The position numbers and the translations under genes are program-made. DNA of 64,000 bases. Source: Thalia democratica (Eukaryota). Where the stretch lies: positions 59,768,001-59,832,000 of the forward strand of contig OZ241832.1 in the NCBI GenBank assembly GCA_965202585.1. Direction: 5' to 3'. This document shows positions 1 through 12,737 of the stretch, in pieces; position 1 is the stretch's first letter; each line of letters starts with the position of its first letter. The notes beneath the pieces were generated by a model that worked only from the letters and a program-made list of their open reading frames with translations, was not told where the DNA came from and made no database searches.

Positions 1-250
1 TGTTAAATATTATGTACACGATCAATGTATTTGAGTTTAAAGTTTTAATTTAATATAACTTTGTATTAAAGATTTTTACACTTACTTTTATTAAAAATAG
101 CTATTTCTTGTCTTTTGAGAAAAACAGATAGTAGATTTTCTGCACTAAACTTTTATTAAAAATAGCAAAAACAACCTTCGTGCGCTTTAATTTTGTTGTT
201 TATTACTGCATGTAAGTAATAAAAATAATTTAATTGTTTTACATTTGAAG

Positions 251-370
251 AAACGTACCAAGAATGTTCACCCAAGGAAACTAAGAAAAGCAGTAAAAAC
301 CCCGATTTAACTTACACTTGTGTTTGCAAGAAAAAGTACAAGAGAAAACGGTGTCAGACCCGCAGAAAAA
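251..370 (+). CDS. Possible isolated coding exon with a Cys/Lys-rich, degenerate EGF-like peptide; the gene would begin left of the window
   Basis: ag|...|gtttgt boundaries, 120 nt, phase 1-1, open frame (E)TYQECSPKETKKSSKNPDLTYTCVCKKKYKRKRCQTRRK resembling YxCxCxxxYxGxRC. Flanking exons not identified. Confidence 0.3.
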
Positions 371-3300
371 GTTTGTTGTTTCTTGTTAAAGTTTATATCT
401 TTTATTAATAAGCTTAGAAATGTTTAAGGTAGGTAATTCTTTTAGTAGTTTTTAAATAAAGCCTAAAAAAGTATTCTTTTAAGTTTAAAAATTTATCTTA
501 AGTTTAATTTTAAAGGTTATCTTTAGTGTAAGTACTTTTTCACATTGCAAATTAATAAACAAATTACTTGTTGCAACAACTAAAAAGTAAAAATCAAAAA
601 CAAAAATTTAAGCACTATAAAAATATTGTTGTTCACATAAATAAAAAACGTTTTTTTAGAATATCGAAAGTGTAAAAATCCTAAAAGGTGTGAACAGTGA
701 AAGAAAAAGAAATGATTAAAAGTTATGGTTGTTTAAAATAAATTTTATTTTATAGAAAAATATGATTTTTATAATATAACCAGTTTATTCGAATTTTATA
801 GTTTAAAACTTCTATATTCTAAAAATAAAAAATCATTTTGACCAACAACGTATGAAATCGAACTTCTATTTATACAATTTTTGATTTTATTATTTATGAA
901 AATACTCCTATTATAAACCTTATAGTTTATTTCTGTTTAAAATTTAATCTTTAAGAATGTTTTTAAAAGGGCTAACTACTTAAACTTCATTGTAGATAAA
1001 AATATTTATCAAAAAATTATTCAGTTATGAAAAGAGACTACAAAAAATGCTTTCAAAATGTTAGACAACTAAAAATTAAAAGAACAAGTTTTTATTTTAA
1101 ACGCTCAACAATGCTTTTTTTAATGAATATTTAACATGTCATGGTTGTCTTAATTTTATTACTGTTATTATTTAAAAAAAAACAATAAACAAGTAAGTTA
1201 AAATCAAAACAATTTTTAGGCATAAAGCAACTTTTAAAGAAGTATCACATGCATTTATGACTCGATAAAAAGTTTTGTTCGTGATAAATACGGCTGAATT
1301 TTATTTATTTAAAACAATAAAAAGTTAAGTTCATTTTTTACACACATTCACCTATTTTATGTCCTTATTTTCAGTACTTATTATATAGAAACTTTACAGA
1401 ACTGTGTTAACTTGTTTAACTCAGAGAAACGTTCCTCACTTCGGCAAAAAAAAGAGTTGTGCAAATTGTGTTAGTTATCCTAATAACTGATCATTAAAAA
1501 AACAGAAAAAGCAGATTACTTATATTTTCCTTGTAGTTGTCGTGACAAATAAAGTTGAACATTTAATTAATTTTTATTGCACTTAGGAAGTTGATCAAGT
1601 ATATTGCTACAAAGGTTTATTTATAGTTTGTCTATTTATAACTTATTTATTTTAAATCTAGATACTGGAGTTTTACCCTCTCATGCTCCTTAAATATGAA
1701 CAAAGATAGTAAAAGCTGATATAGAATTAAGTGGTATTAAACTTATACTTTACGGCTTTAGGTATTCTTAATTATTTTGAATTACTTCATAAATTTTAAA
1801 AAGCTCATTAAAAAGTCCAGTACAGCTATGTACTTATTAGTTTTAAATTGTTGTATTTGTACAACGTCAAAAACTTAAAATTTCAGTTGCTAAAAAAACA
1901 AAATTCCCAAAAGGTAAATTCTGCCAGTGATATTTTTCGCATAAATACTTGGTAAAAATGTATTATAAAATTTAGAAGTGAATAATTTTATTTTATTAAT
2001 AATCGAAACTTCGTAAACAATATGAAGTTTCAAAAACTATATCTCATTATTCGTTGGTAGATTTTAAAAATTTAGCTTATGTCGAATTAAAAAGTAAAAG
2101 ACTCTATCTAAGTTTTTAATTTTAATATTAATATTATCTTATTAACGGTATAGAAAGCGATTAACAATCGTCTTAAGGATTGTTTATTTTGTAATGATTA
2201 CTATAAGTGCAGAGAAAAATAGCTAATACTACTACATAAAATATTTTTCTTAATTAGAATTATGTATAATCTTCATAAACCTTATTTGCAATTTAGTTAT
2301 AACAAAATTTCTCAAACATGATGAATCTAGTATGTCAAATAAGAAATGTTTTTAATTTCCATAATGTGTTTGCAATTGTCAATCTTATCAGTAAAGTAGT
2401 TAACTTTAAATAAAATATTTATTATAAATAGTTTATCATAAGCAATTTTTTACTTCATTTATAAATACAGGTTTAAGTACAGGTTTAAGTCAAAACAAAG
2501 GTATCAATACTTTTTTATTTTAGGTCTTTTGTAATATTAAGCGTTTAATAGATTAGGTAAGATAAGGCAGGCTATTGTATTCAACGTACCGGATTTATTA
2601 ACATTAACCATTTACTGGCCGCTTTATTATTGAAAATTTTGCTAAAATAACTTTTTTTTAAACTTCTCTTACCACTAAAACTATTAAAACAAAAATTTAA
2701 AACTAGCAAAGGGATTGGGAACTCTACTAGCCGGTAGGTTATATATCTCAGTCTCTCATTATAGGCACTTATCAGAAAAAACTTTTAGCGGACTGCGTAG
2801 TTTTAAAAGTTGCATTACAAAATAAAAATACTATTCAAAGAAAAATGTTGTGAAACCTTTAGACAAGCAAAACTGTATACTAGAGTAGTAAAATTTAGAG
2901 CACATTTGGCAATATTTTTTATTGAAAGCTTAGTTTTATTTTACTTTAACGATTGTTTGCAAACTAAAAATACGCAGCGGGTAGAAATTATTTATTGGCG
3001 AACCGGATTCAGCCTGCGGACCATGGGAAATACAAATAAGAATTCACTAAGAACTCAACTTCAACATCACTTTTAAATTTTTAAAATAAAAACTAGTTTT
3101 AAAGCTGAAATATAGTTTAAAAAATACTCAAGTAAAGTTATTTGATGTAATTGATCGGACAAATCGCATTTTACGTGCCTCTGATGCACATCGTAAATAT
3201 ATTCAAATAAGTTCAATCGTAAGTTTTAGCCGTTTTATAAAATGTTTTTTTTTTGATAAATAATAAACTGATACACTGAACAAAGTGATGACTTTAATTT

Positions 3301-5150
3301 CAATTGCTTGGACAATACACGTTAGAAAAATTAACTTTGAAAATATAAAGTTATTATACATTTACTGGTGTGAGTTGAGTTTAAATACAAAATTAAATGA
3401 AGTATAACAAATTAATAAATCGTATGACGTACTAAAATTACTAAAATATCTAGCTTAATTTTGTCATGTATTTTAGTATTTTACAACAAAGTTTATTAAT
3501 TTACGAATTGTTTTACGAAATGTTTTTTTAAAATAGTTAAAAAATAAGCATAAAGCTCAGTGGAAAAACTACATACGTAAAACTTTATAAATCAAAAAAA
3601 TTATTTTTTTATTAATAAAAATTTTAATTTTTGCACCAACAATGATAAAAGAATGTGCAAAAAATTAAATATTTGCTTTTATTTGCTTGTGTCTAAAGCA
3701 ATATGTTTACTAAACTAGTAATAAAAAAAAGAAAGTTATATTAATAATTTTATTTTAAAACGCTAAAAGTTTTACATGTAAATTGTGTAAAACTTGGATT
3801 AAATGGCATTAAAAATGGAATAACATAAAAAATAATATAAACACAAAGTCCTCCTAACAATTCACATCTAACTTTTTTTTTTCTTTTTTTTTCATTCATT
3901 TGGCCTGTAAAAGTATAAGTTTACTAATTAGTATAATTTAGGCTATAAAAGTCTTACTAACTTCTTGTACCTTAAAAAAATTGTCTAGTTTATAACATCA
4001 AAATCTTCATAAAACTTTTAATTGAAATAAAATATTTTCGTATTTACGTGTAAAAATTTAAAATGCTGCAATTAAAAGTTATATAAAAAAGTGGTTATTG
4101 AAAAACTCTTCAAACAGTTTAAATCAGTTTAGTGAATTTATTTCTAGTATGTTGAAAAAACGAAATTGCATGCGATCATAGAGCTCTTGAAAAAAACTTG
4201 AAAGTATTAAGTACACATAAACTTGAAAATAAATGCACTTATAAATCACATACGGACTAAATACACAGCTATATGCCCTTAAGTAATTTATTTGCAGCTG
4301 AATAGAAAGTTTGCTTATTCATAACTTATGTGACTTGATTAAGGTATTGCATAATCAATTAAACGGTTCATTTAGTGCTTTTTTAAGCTAAAATTTAAAG
4401 TTAGAAGAATTTAACATAGAAAATTCCTAAAAACGTCTATTAGTACAATGGAAAAAAATTCAGTTGGAAGATGTTTTAGTTTAAAGTATTTCGTAATAGT
4501 TAAGTGCACTACCGATTGCTCTTAAGTGTTTTAAATTCAGCTGAACAACTTGTTGGTTTTGCAATTAAATTTTTGGGCATTAAAAGTAAAATAGGTACTT
4601 AACAAATTCAACAACCGTAGAATAGTTCTAAAATACTCAGGGGTTGCAGCAAAACCGGATTTCAAAAAAATCTAGCACATTTAAAAATTGTTTAAAGCTG
4701 ATTTTCTATGTGATGATTTTCAGGTTTTTTTAATTAAGTTTAATAACAACTGTTTAAAGTATTTTAATGGTTTAAAACTTTTAAGAAATGAACAAAGAAA
4801 AAGTTTTACTTTGTGATTAGAATTTTTTTTACTTAATTCTCATATTAAAAATTTTAATTATTCTTTTAAAATATATTTATATTACAAAGTTTTATATACC
4901 AAAATTAGGCTTATGAAAATTATTTCTTCTTAATTTGATTAAAAACTAAGTATTTTTCTACTTGTTATATCAACTAAACTAGGTTTTTTTTCAAACCATT
5001 TATACAACAATACTTTAATTTTACTTACAGATGTTGAAATACTGATAAAAGTTTAATATTTAACTTAAACAACAAACGTGTCATATAAACGATGTTTTAC
5101 TAACTATACTTTAAATTATTTATTTTTTTTCATCTAAGATAAGTTACAAT

Positions 5151-8100
5151 TTAACTAACGTGTCTTTTGAATGATATTTTCTTGCCGAACTTGGAGTAGA
5201 AGGTCATGTTGCTCTTAGCCCTGCCCCCCGTCTTCTCGTTGAAAGTCTGGCACATTTTGAACGGGGGCGAGTAGACGTGCAGGGACACAGCTGTGTTGCT
5301 TAGTGACTCGTTGCACACCCTATGGAGGCCCAGGGAATCTGTGCGAGGGGAAATATCAATGAAAAGTTCATTACAGAAATATTAATAATAGCTAAGTAAC
5401 TTAATAACAATATCCTGTCTTGTATAACCTAAAGTTTTCAGTTAAATTCTGCGAATTTGTGTGGAGTATATATGTATATTAAATATTGTTTTTATTTAGT
5501 TGTTTAAGTGAGTAAGCATGTAACGATACGGCTGTATTGTTTAGCAACTCGTTGCACACCATATGGAGACCCAGGGAATCTGTATATAAAATAATTTATT
5601 ATAAAAAAACTAACAATAATCAGTTTTAAAAGTTAAGTGTTTAGCTAAACCCTCTGAAGGCAAACCCAAGAAGAAAAAAATTTCATTAAGATTTGCTTAA
5701 GATATAACAAGGCTATTATATTAACTTATTCTATGCTCTGGAATGGGTTAATATATTTAAAAAAAGTTGTTAAAGTTGCAGGTAAAAAAAAAGTTTAACA
5801 TAAAAAAAACTTTGGTGAAATTCCGTTTTAATTGAAACTACTAAATTAAAAATTGTGGAGACCACGAGAACCTGATAAAGAGAGGGAACTAATTAACATT
5901 ATACGCAAAGTATTTAAAACTTAAAAACGATATAGAGAAAAAAAGTTAATAAAACGTTTATAACTTGTTAAAACTCGATATCATAAACTATCCTTTAACA
6001 TGAGTGTACTGTTTCAAACAGTAGAAGAACTAAAGATATTTTTGTAGGCAAAAAATACTTTCGTTTCTTTTTAAGGTCATTAAGAAAATAAAAAGTTTTG
6101 GAATACAAAAATGCAAACTTTTTATTTCGTAATATGATAAACTACTGTTTTGGTTTTGGTTTAAATTGTTTGTGAAAGCTTAAATTGATGATTCAGAGGT
6201 TTTTATAAAAATGTTAGGAAAATATTATTTTAAAAAGAAGAACTTAAAGCAGTTTGTAGCAACATACGTATACTTACATAAATACAAAAACTTTTTGTTA
6301 CTAAACTAGTTCTGTTTTCTTAAAAATTGACGATGTGTAGATTTAATTTACCTATGCTTTATTGCTGTTAACAAAGTACTCGAGATACAAGAAGGTAAGA
6401 ATATTTTTGTAGGCAAAAAAATACTTTTATTTCTTTTTAAGGTGATTAAAAAAGCAAAACGTTTTGTAATACATAAGGAGCAAACTTCTTATTTCGTAAC
6501 ATGATAAATTACTGTATAAATTTTGGTTTTAATTGTTTGTGAAAGCTTTAACTAATGATTGAGAGGTTTTTATAAAAATGTTAAGAAAATATTATTTCAA
6601 AAAGAAGAACTTAAAGCAGTTTTTAGCAACATACCTTTACTTACATAAATAAAAAAACGCTTTGTTACTAAGTTAGTTCTGTTTTCTTAAAAACTGGTGT
6701 TATAAAAATTTAAACCACCCACGCTTTATTCCTTTTGTTGTAACTTTTTTTTAACTATATTTAAAACATTTTAGTCTTAAATACTAAAAAAAATAAGATC
6801 AAATCCATAATTTATAGGGAACAGTTATTAAATTTAACTTTTTTTACGTAGTATACAAGCATTTAACTTTCATACAATTTGTATTTAACCGTTTAAATTA
6901 ATTAAATATATTCTTAAAAAAAGTAATATTAGTTAAACAAAATCATATACTTAAAAAGCAGAAATGAAATATTTAAAGTAAATTGAGTTTAAAAACTGTT
7001 TTAAAGTCTAGTCTTGTGAACATACGTCCATGCATGAATGAACACGCCGAAAATTTTTACGGTTGGCTGGTTTCATTAACTAGTAGGTTGCACAATGCTA
7101 CCTGTAGCTGCAAAGTAAATTAGACTTGAAAATTTTCGTGTTTTTACAAGCCTTTTGACAATGGGTGGATATTTGGTAAGTTTTTGTCATCTTGAAAACG
7201 AAATTCGTCAAATTACATTGAGAATGTTTTCAGCTCATTTTTGGTTATTATCGACAACAGCACAGTGTATTTAAGCTATCATTCAGCATTTACATTTTTT
7301 TAAATAAACTCATTTAAAACAAACGCTTTTCTTGTCTCGTTATGAAAAACTTCAAACTAAATAGGACATCTAATATTTTTTCTTTATACTTGTTTCATTT
7401 TTGTTGTGTTAAAAGATTTAGTTTTGCATTAGTAAACTAGTATTAGAGTCCATATATTACAGTTTAAACGGTTATAAATGAAACTAATGATAAATATTAA
7501 TTACTTTTACAAAAAGTTTATTAAAATAAATGGTTTGTAAATATTATTATTGTTTAGAAAATGGTTTAAATATGATTATATGTTGATATCAAAAGAGCAG
7601 AAAAAAGTTTATTAGAGTAATTTGTATGTATGTCGTTTATTTCTATAACTACCTTGAAACTACTAACTTCTCTTATCATTTAGTTTTGGTTACTTAAGTC
7701 GACTGAATTGCAAACATTTATACCATTTAATTGTTTTAATAAGTTTGCCAGATTATGATTAAAACAGGTTACTTTATTCTATGTTGTTATTAAAATTATA
7801 TGTATTTGAAAACAAAACGGTTCAAACTTTTCAACACTAGTACATACATATATATATGTATATATTATGAACTCTTTTATTTCAAACTGAGTTAAAACAC
7901 TAAATAAAGCTTACAAAGCTAGTTTTAAATTAAAATAGGCTAAATATTTAAACTTCTAATCTCATTGGACAAAACGAAGTTTTGCTTATTTGAGCTTTGT
8001 AAGGTTCTTATCTAACACTTAAGACAGTATATAAACTATTCATTGTTTTTACCTGTAGCTGTAGGTAGAGGCAAGACTAAAACACTTTCTTCTAAACAAG

Positions 8101-11100
8101 ATGAAAACTACAAACTACACTGAGAAACTGTTCTTAACAATAAACAGTTTTGACTGTTATCGCCAGAAAATAAAAAATATTAATACAAATGACATCAATT
8201 GATCATCAGTAAAGTTTTCCAAACAATAGTTTAAAAGTGTTCTTAAATTCAAACAACTATAGGTAAAGTAGTAAAAGAAGTAAAAAAAAAATTAAGTGTT
8301 GAAGTGTGCTGTTTGACTGTTTGTTTCTAAAAGTAAATTTCTAAAAACTACCACCTTTTTATATGCATTTGACACATAATAATGGTTAAAAAAATTACGT
8401 TTTACAGTATGTGCAACACTAATAAAAAATACATGTTTCAAGCATAACTTGGACAAAAAAACACCGTTGCTAAACAGATTTGACGTAATAAATGTAATTA
8501 TGACGTATCACGAAACCGTTGATGTAATAATTACATTAAATGCGATGACAATTACAAACCGTTTCTTGCAGATACATAACGTTCAAAAAATTTAAGAACC
8601 CAATATCATTAAAACTTCCAGAAAAAATTTGTTTTTACAAATGGGGGCTAAGTTCATCCAAGCTTATTAAGACAAAATAATTATCGAAAGTATGTACCCT
8701 ATTGTGAATTTTTATAAGCTAATTCTTTTACGTCACAGTAACCGTCGATGCATGCGACGTTAAAGATCAAATGGAGTTATGGTGTTATACGAAAAAAGAT
8801 ATTATGAAGTACCAAAGGTTGGTCGAGACAAATCAAAATTATTTTAAACAAAACGTATCAAAATAACTGTTATAACATATTAAAAACTAGTGTCATAATT
8901 TAACTAACCATTAATAAAAAAAGGTATTATACACTGGTTGGTTAAACGCATCATAAAAGTATTTACGACGTATCAATAAAATCACATTATGACGTCACAC
9001 CAACCGTTGATGTAAGCGACGGATCCGCACGGGAGCTCGGTCTTCCTCACCGGCTTCATCATCGTCTTGCCCCCATCCTTGCTCTTGTCCATCTCATCCT
9101 GCTCCTCCTGAGACGGCCAGTCGTACAACACTTCGGTCAGCGACCCGTCCATGACCTTCATGAAGCAGTGGGCGTCGCTGTGGTCGTGGATCGAACTGTT
9201 TGGAAATTTATTATTTATTATATATATATTTTTTTTTTATTTCAATAATTTTTATTTTGAGTTTATTTAATTCACTGAGTACGGATTTAACTAAAAAATG
9301 TGTTGTTGTTAAAATAATTGTATTTGCAATTTAATAAAAAAATTGTTTCTTCATTTTATTATTCAGTTTGTAATGAAATTTTGCTTTTATTTTTTAGCTG
9401 CTGAGCCGAAACTAAAGTTGAGTTTTTTAAGTTGTATTCATGAAATGAACTGAAGAAGTTTTGTTTTTTTAGTTTGGCAAGTTTTTTTATTTTATTATTA
9501 CTGTTTTAATTTTTTTATGTTTATCATTTCGGTTTAGTTTTGTTTTGAGTTTTCTCTGGTTTTGTTAAGCTTTTAATTAGTCTACTTTATCGGACGTTAT
9601 TAGTTAGTTATTACGTGGACACCAATCAAAAACTAGTTTTTAGTAATCTAATCAAGTCATGAATTAGTTTAGTTTGTATTTAAATAATTTTTGCTGACAA
9701 CAAGCTCTAAACCGATTTTTTTAGTTTTGTAAAAGTTGTAAAGTTCAATATATACTAAAAATTATTAAAATTTATATAAATTTCCAAGAATTTTTTTTAT
9801 TTAACACTTGAATTATCAATTTTTATAAACAAACCTAGATTGGTCCTTGTTCCAACAAAGTAGGATTAAATTAAACTTTCCGTTCCCTTCGTGCACTAAG
9901 TTCCTTGTATATCTGAAAAATAAAAATTTGTTTAAATAATTGATTGTTTAAACATGCATTTAAATTTATTTTTATTATTTTGAAACTTTTCATGTTAGTT
10001 AAACTGAAGTTTTAAAGCATAATAGCTTTAAACACTTGCTTATTTGAAAAAAAGTAACAACACTTAGTCATAGAGAATATAGAATATACAATTATTTTTT
10101 TATTAAACATGCATAGAAGAGGAACTACGTATAAGTTTGAATAATATTATTAGTACTGCTTAATCAGTGTGTTTATAATTTTACGTAATTTATTATTAGT
10201 TTACTATTTATAAGTTTTGATTATCTTTTCATATACAGCTTAATCAGTGTGGTCAAAAGTCAAAAGTGAAGTTATTAAATAAAAAAATGTGGATTTCCTC
10301 AATATTTTCTTTTGTAAACAAACTTTACGAATTTTATTATTCTTTATTTGACTTACGCCTACCTATAAGCTTCCACAAACGCGTGCGAAATTCTGTTTTT
10401 TAATTGGATAATACGAAAGGGTTGAATTTATTCGATCAAAATGTGAAAAGCGTGAATAAGAAATGAATCATCCCATGCATTAGTTTTATGTATTTTTTAA
10501 TGCAGCAAATTTTTACCAGCTACTTTTGTTTGAATAGCCTAATATTAACAATTAAAAATGTCTTAACAACAACTTTTTAAGTACAATAGAAAACGCTAAG
10601 TAGTTGTATTTTAACCTGAAAAATGTTACTAGCTTGATAACCATAGTAGTCTTTTTGAAATTTAAATGTATATCTTAACAGTTTTCTTGAAAAAACAACT
10701 ATATAACAGAAATTAAAAAAGTTCACAAAATTTTAAAACAGTTTAAACCCCTTTTAAACTAACTAAAAGCCTAAACTCAAAAATATTTTAAAAAAAGCTG
10801 AGCGCATTTTATGAGTACTTTTTACTAAGAGTATTTGAATGAACAAAAAGTTTGTACTAGTCTTTCAATATTCATCAGCAATATAAAGATTAACTTTATA
10901 ATTTACAAGAAGTTCACAGTTTTTGGTATAATTACAAAGTTTCCTGAGTGCGTTAAAATACCTTAGTGTTAAATATTAAGTCAACAATTTTTAACCTAAA
11001 ACATTAAAACAAAGAAAACTAGAAATGTTCGAGTATTTGCCTATTTAAACATAAAATTAAACTAATTAACTTTACAATTACAACAAATAAACAAACTTGA

Positions 11101-11805
11101 ATTGATCGAATATTGTGTATTCCTGCCCCATATAAACATAAAAAATATAACAAATAAACAAACTTTAATTGATCGAATATTGCGTATTCCTGCCCCATAT
11201 AAACATAGAAAATATAATAAACAAACAAACTTGAATTGATCGAATATTGCGTATTCCTGCCCCGTATAAATATAATAAATAAACAAACAAACTTGAATTG
11301 ATCGAATATAGCGTATTCCTGCCATTCATCCTTATTAGGCTGGTATGATTCTAGGAAGGCCTGAACCTTTGAAAATATCAAAAGTTAACAAATTAATCTT
11401 CAAAAATTCAAAAACTAAACAGAAAAAGTTTTATATTATACGATTTGAAAAATGCCTTAGACTTTGAAATTATTTTTAAAAAGTATTCAAAAGCTAAATA
11501 TAAATATAATGATACTTGGTTTTGTTCTAAAAAAGTCCCTAACCATAAAAAAAGTTGATAAGCTTGTAAAAGTAGTGGTCCACAAAGTTACAAAGTTCAA
11601 CGTATCCAATTTTTAAATTACGACTCGGCCGGATTACTAATAAAAACATTTAAAACTATGTACTGTGGTATTTAAATACCTGGTTGATGTTGACGTCATC
11701 AGTGGAGAAGTAATCCAGCAAGCCCTCTATGACGTCGCTCATCTTTTCCGGTCTGACGAACTCTGTGACGTCACCGCTGTTGAACGTCACCTTCTCGTCG
11801 CGCAT
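5151..11805 (-). CDS. CDO1: Cysteine dioxygenase type 1, paralogue A (5 coding exons, about 218 aa)
   Basis: Exons 11805-11680, 11366-11293, 9912-9835, 9195-9005, 5338-5151, all GT-AG with consistent phases. Protein carries [21 protein letters not shown] (His86/His88/Cys93 equivalents), GLHRV (His140), SLHVYSPPF (Ser153/His155/Tyr157) and MTFYSKFG. The 3' end may instead splice at CAC|gttagt (5160) to an unidentified last exon. Confidence 0.95.
5505..5590 (-). repeat. Degenerate intronic copy of the acceptor plus the 5' part of CDO-A exon 5
   Basis: tacag|ATTCCCTGGGTCTCCATATGGTGTGCAACGAG... translates [24 protein letters not shown] versus the real [24 protein letters not shown]. Confidence 0.9.
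6031..6733. repeat. Diverged tandem duplication, unit about 365 bp, two copies
   Basis: 6031-6365 and 6396-6733 align along their length (atatttttgtaggcaaaaaa...gtttgtgaaagctt...agaagaacttaaagcagttt...gttctgttttcttaaaaa). Confidence 0.85.
8496..8750 (-). repeat. Two short intronic copies of the CDO-A exon 4 donor junction
   Basis: aaccgttgatgtaa at 8514-8527 is an exact 14-nt match to 9002-9015, with a similar preceding attatgacgt; a weaker copy acgtcacagtaaccgtcgatg lies near 8731-8751. Confidence 0.65.
11085..11322 (-). repeat. Tandem array (about 62-66 bp unit, 4 copies) of the 3' end of CDO-A exon 2 plus its donor
   Basis: CAGGAATAC(G/A)C(T/A)ATATTCGATCAATT(C/A)AA|gtttgttt occurs four times; the first copy is the real exon end. 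Confidence 0.95.
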
Positions 11806-11904
11806 CGATGGTTTTATCTGTGCGTAATTTTTTTTTAAATTTATGTTGAAAATTTTAATGGCAGAAGATGAAAAAAAAAGTAGATGAATTTATCAAAATT
11901 AATG

Positions 11905-12737
11905 CAGTGCTTATTCACTTATCCGGACATGTTGGGCAAGATTTTTCTGTAAACATGTCCAGATAAGCATTTTCCGGATAAGTACTTTTTATTCAATAAA
12001 ATAATATAACTGTTTTATATTATACAAAGCATAATAGGTAACAAAAGCTAAGTTCCTCTTTTTTATTCTTTAAACTTTTTAATTTCAATTTTTTCAAAAG
12101 TCGTACAAAGTCGACCAGCCTATGCTAAACTGCTCCATTAAAAAACAAACTTTGGCACATTTTTTTACCACTTTACAAACTTTCAGTTTATTATCAATGG
12201 TTAGTGCAACTTATGTTTTTTTATGTTTCGTCAATTTCTAAAACCTGGTATGTTTATCAACCTTAATATCAAAAAAAAAATGTCATGCACCTCATCTTAA
12301 ACGAAAAGTGTTTAAATTAACAACTTCTGTATTATAGTTTGAATTAAAATTAAAACATTAAAGTACTGTTATGCATTTATTATCTAAAAAACTTAGAATT
12401 TAATCAACTACCAAAAACTTTAAAAACTTAAATGAAAAACTTTAAGTCATATTTTAAATAACATTGTTTAAAAAAATTTAAAACTGACCTACTTAACATA
12501 CAAAGGTTTTTGATAACTAAACTAGTTTTTAACAAAGTTTGTATGTAAGCTTTAGTAGTATTAAAACGTCATAATAATCGAATTAATCGCAGAATTTATA
12601 ATACACCCTTAAATTTTCTTATATCATGAAAGCTTAAGTATTTGTATCACACAAAAACTTTGGTGTTTAATATTGAAATTTTTTCTCTATTGAAACTGTC
12701 CGGATAAGTGAGCATCCGGATAAGTGAATAAGTTTAT
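11905..12737. mobile_element. Degenerate non-autonomous TIR element (pogo/Tigger-like ends)
   Basis: Left cagtgcttattcacttatccggac; right tccggataagtgaataag, inverted; extra subterminal CCGGATAAGT copies at both ends. Outer right end and TSD not clear. Confidence 0.5.

Noticed and set aside
2810-3076. 88-aa ORF and similar AT-rich ORFs (15277, 20189, 27089, 27968, 35620, 38214, 40359, 40480)
   Set aside because: Low-complexity F/L/I/K-rich translations with intron-like composition and no supporting exon chain
11085-11322. CRISPR-like repeat/spacer appearance
   Set aside because: The 'spacers' are homologous to each other, the repeat is exon sequence, the context is eukaryotic and there are no cas genes
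11019-11381. 120-aa and 87-aa ORFs in the track
   Set aside because: Only 11366-11293 is coding (CDO-A exon 2); the rest is read-through of the stop-poor tandem echo array
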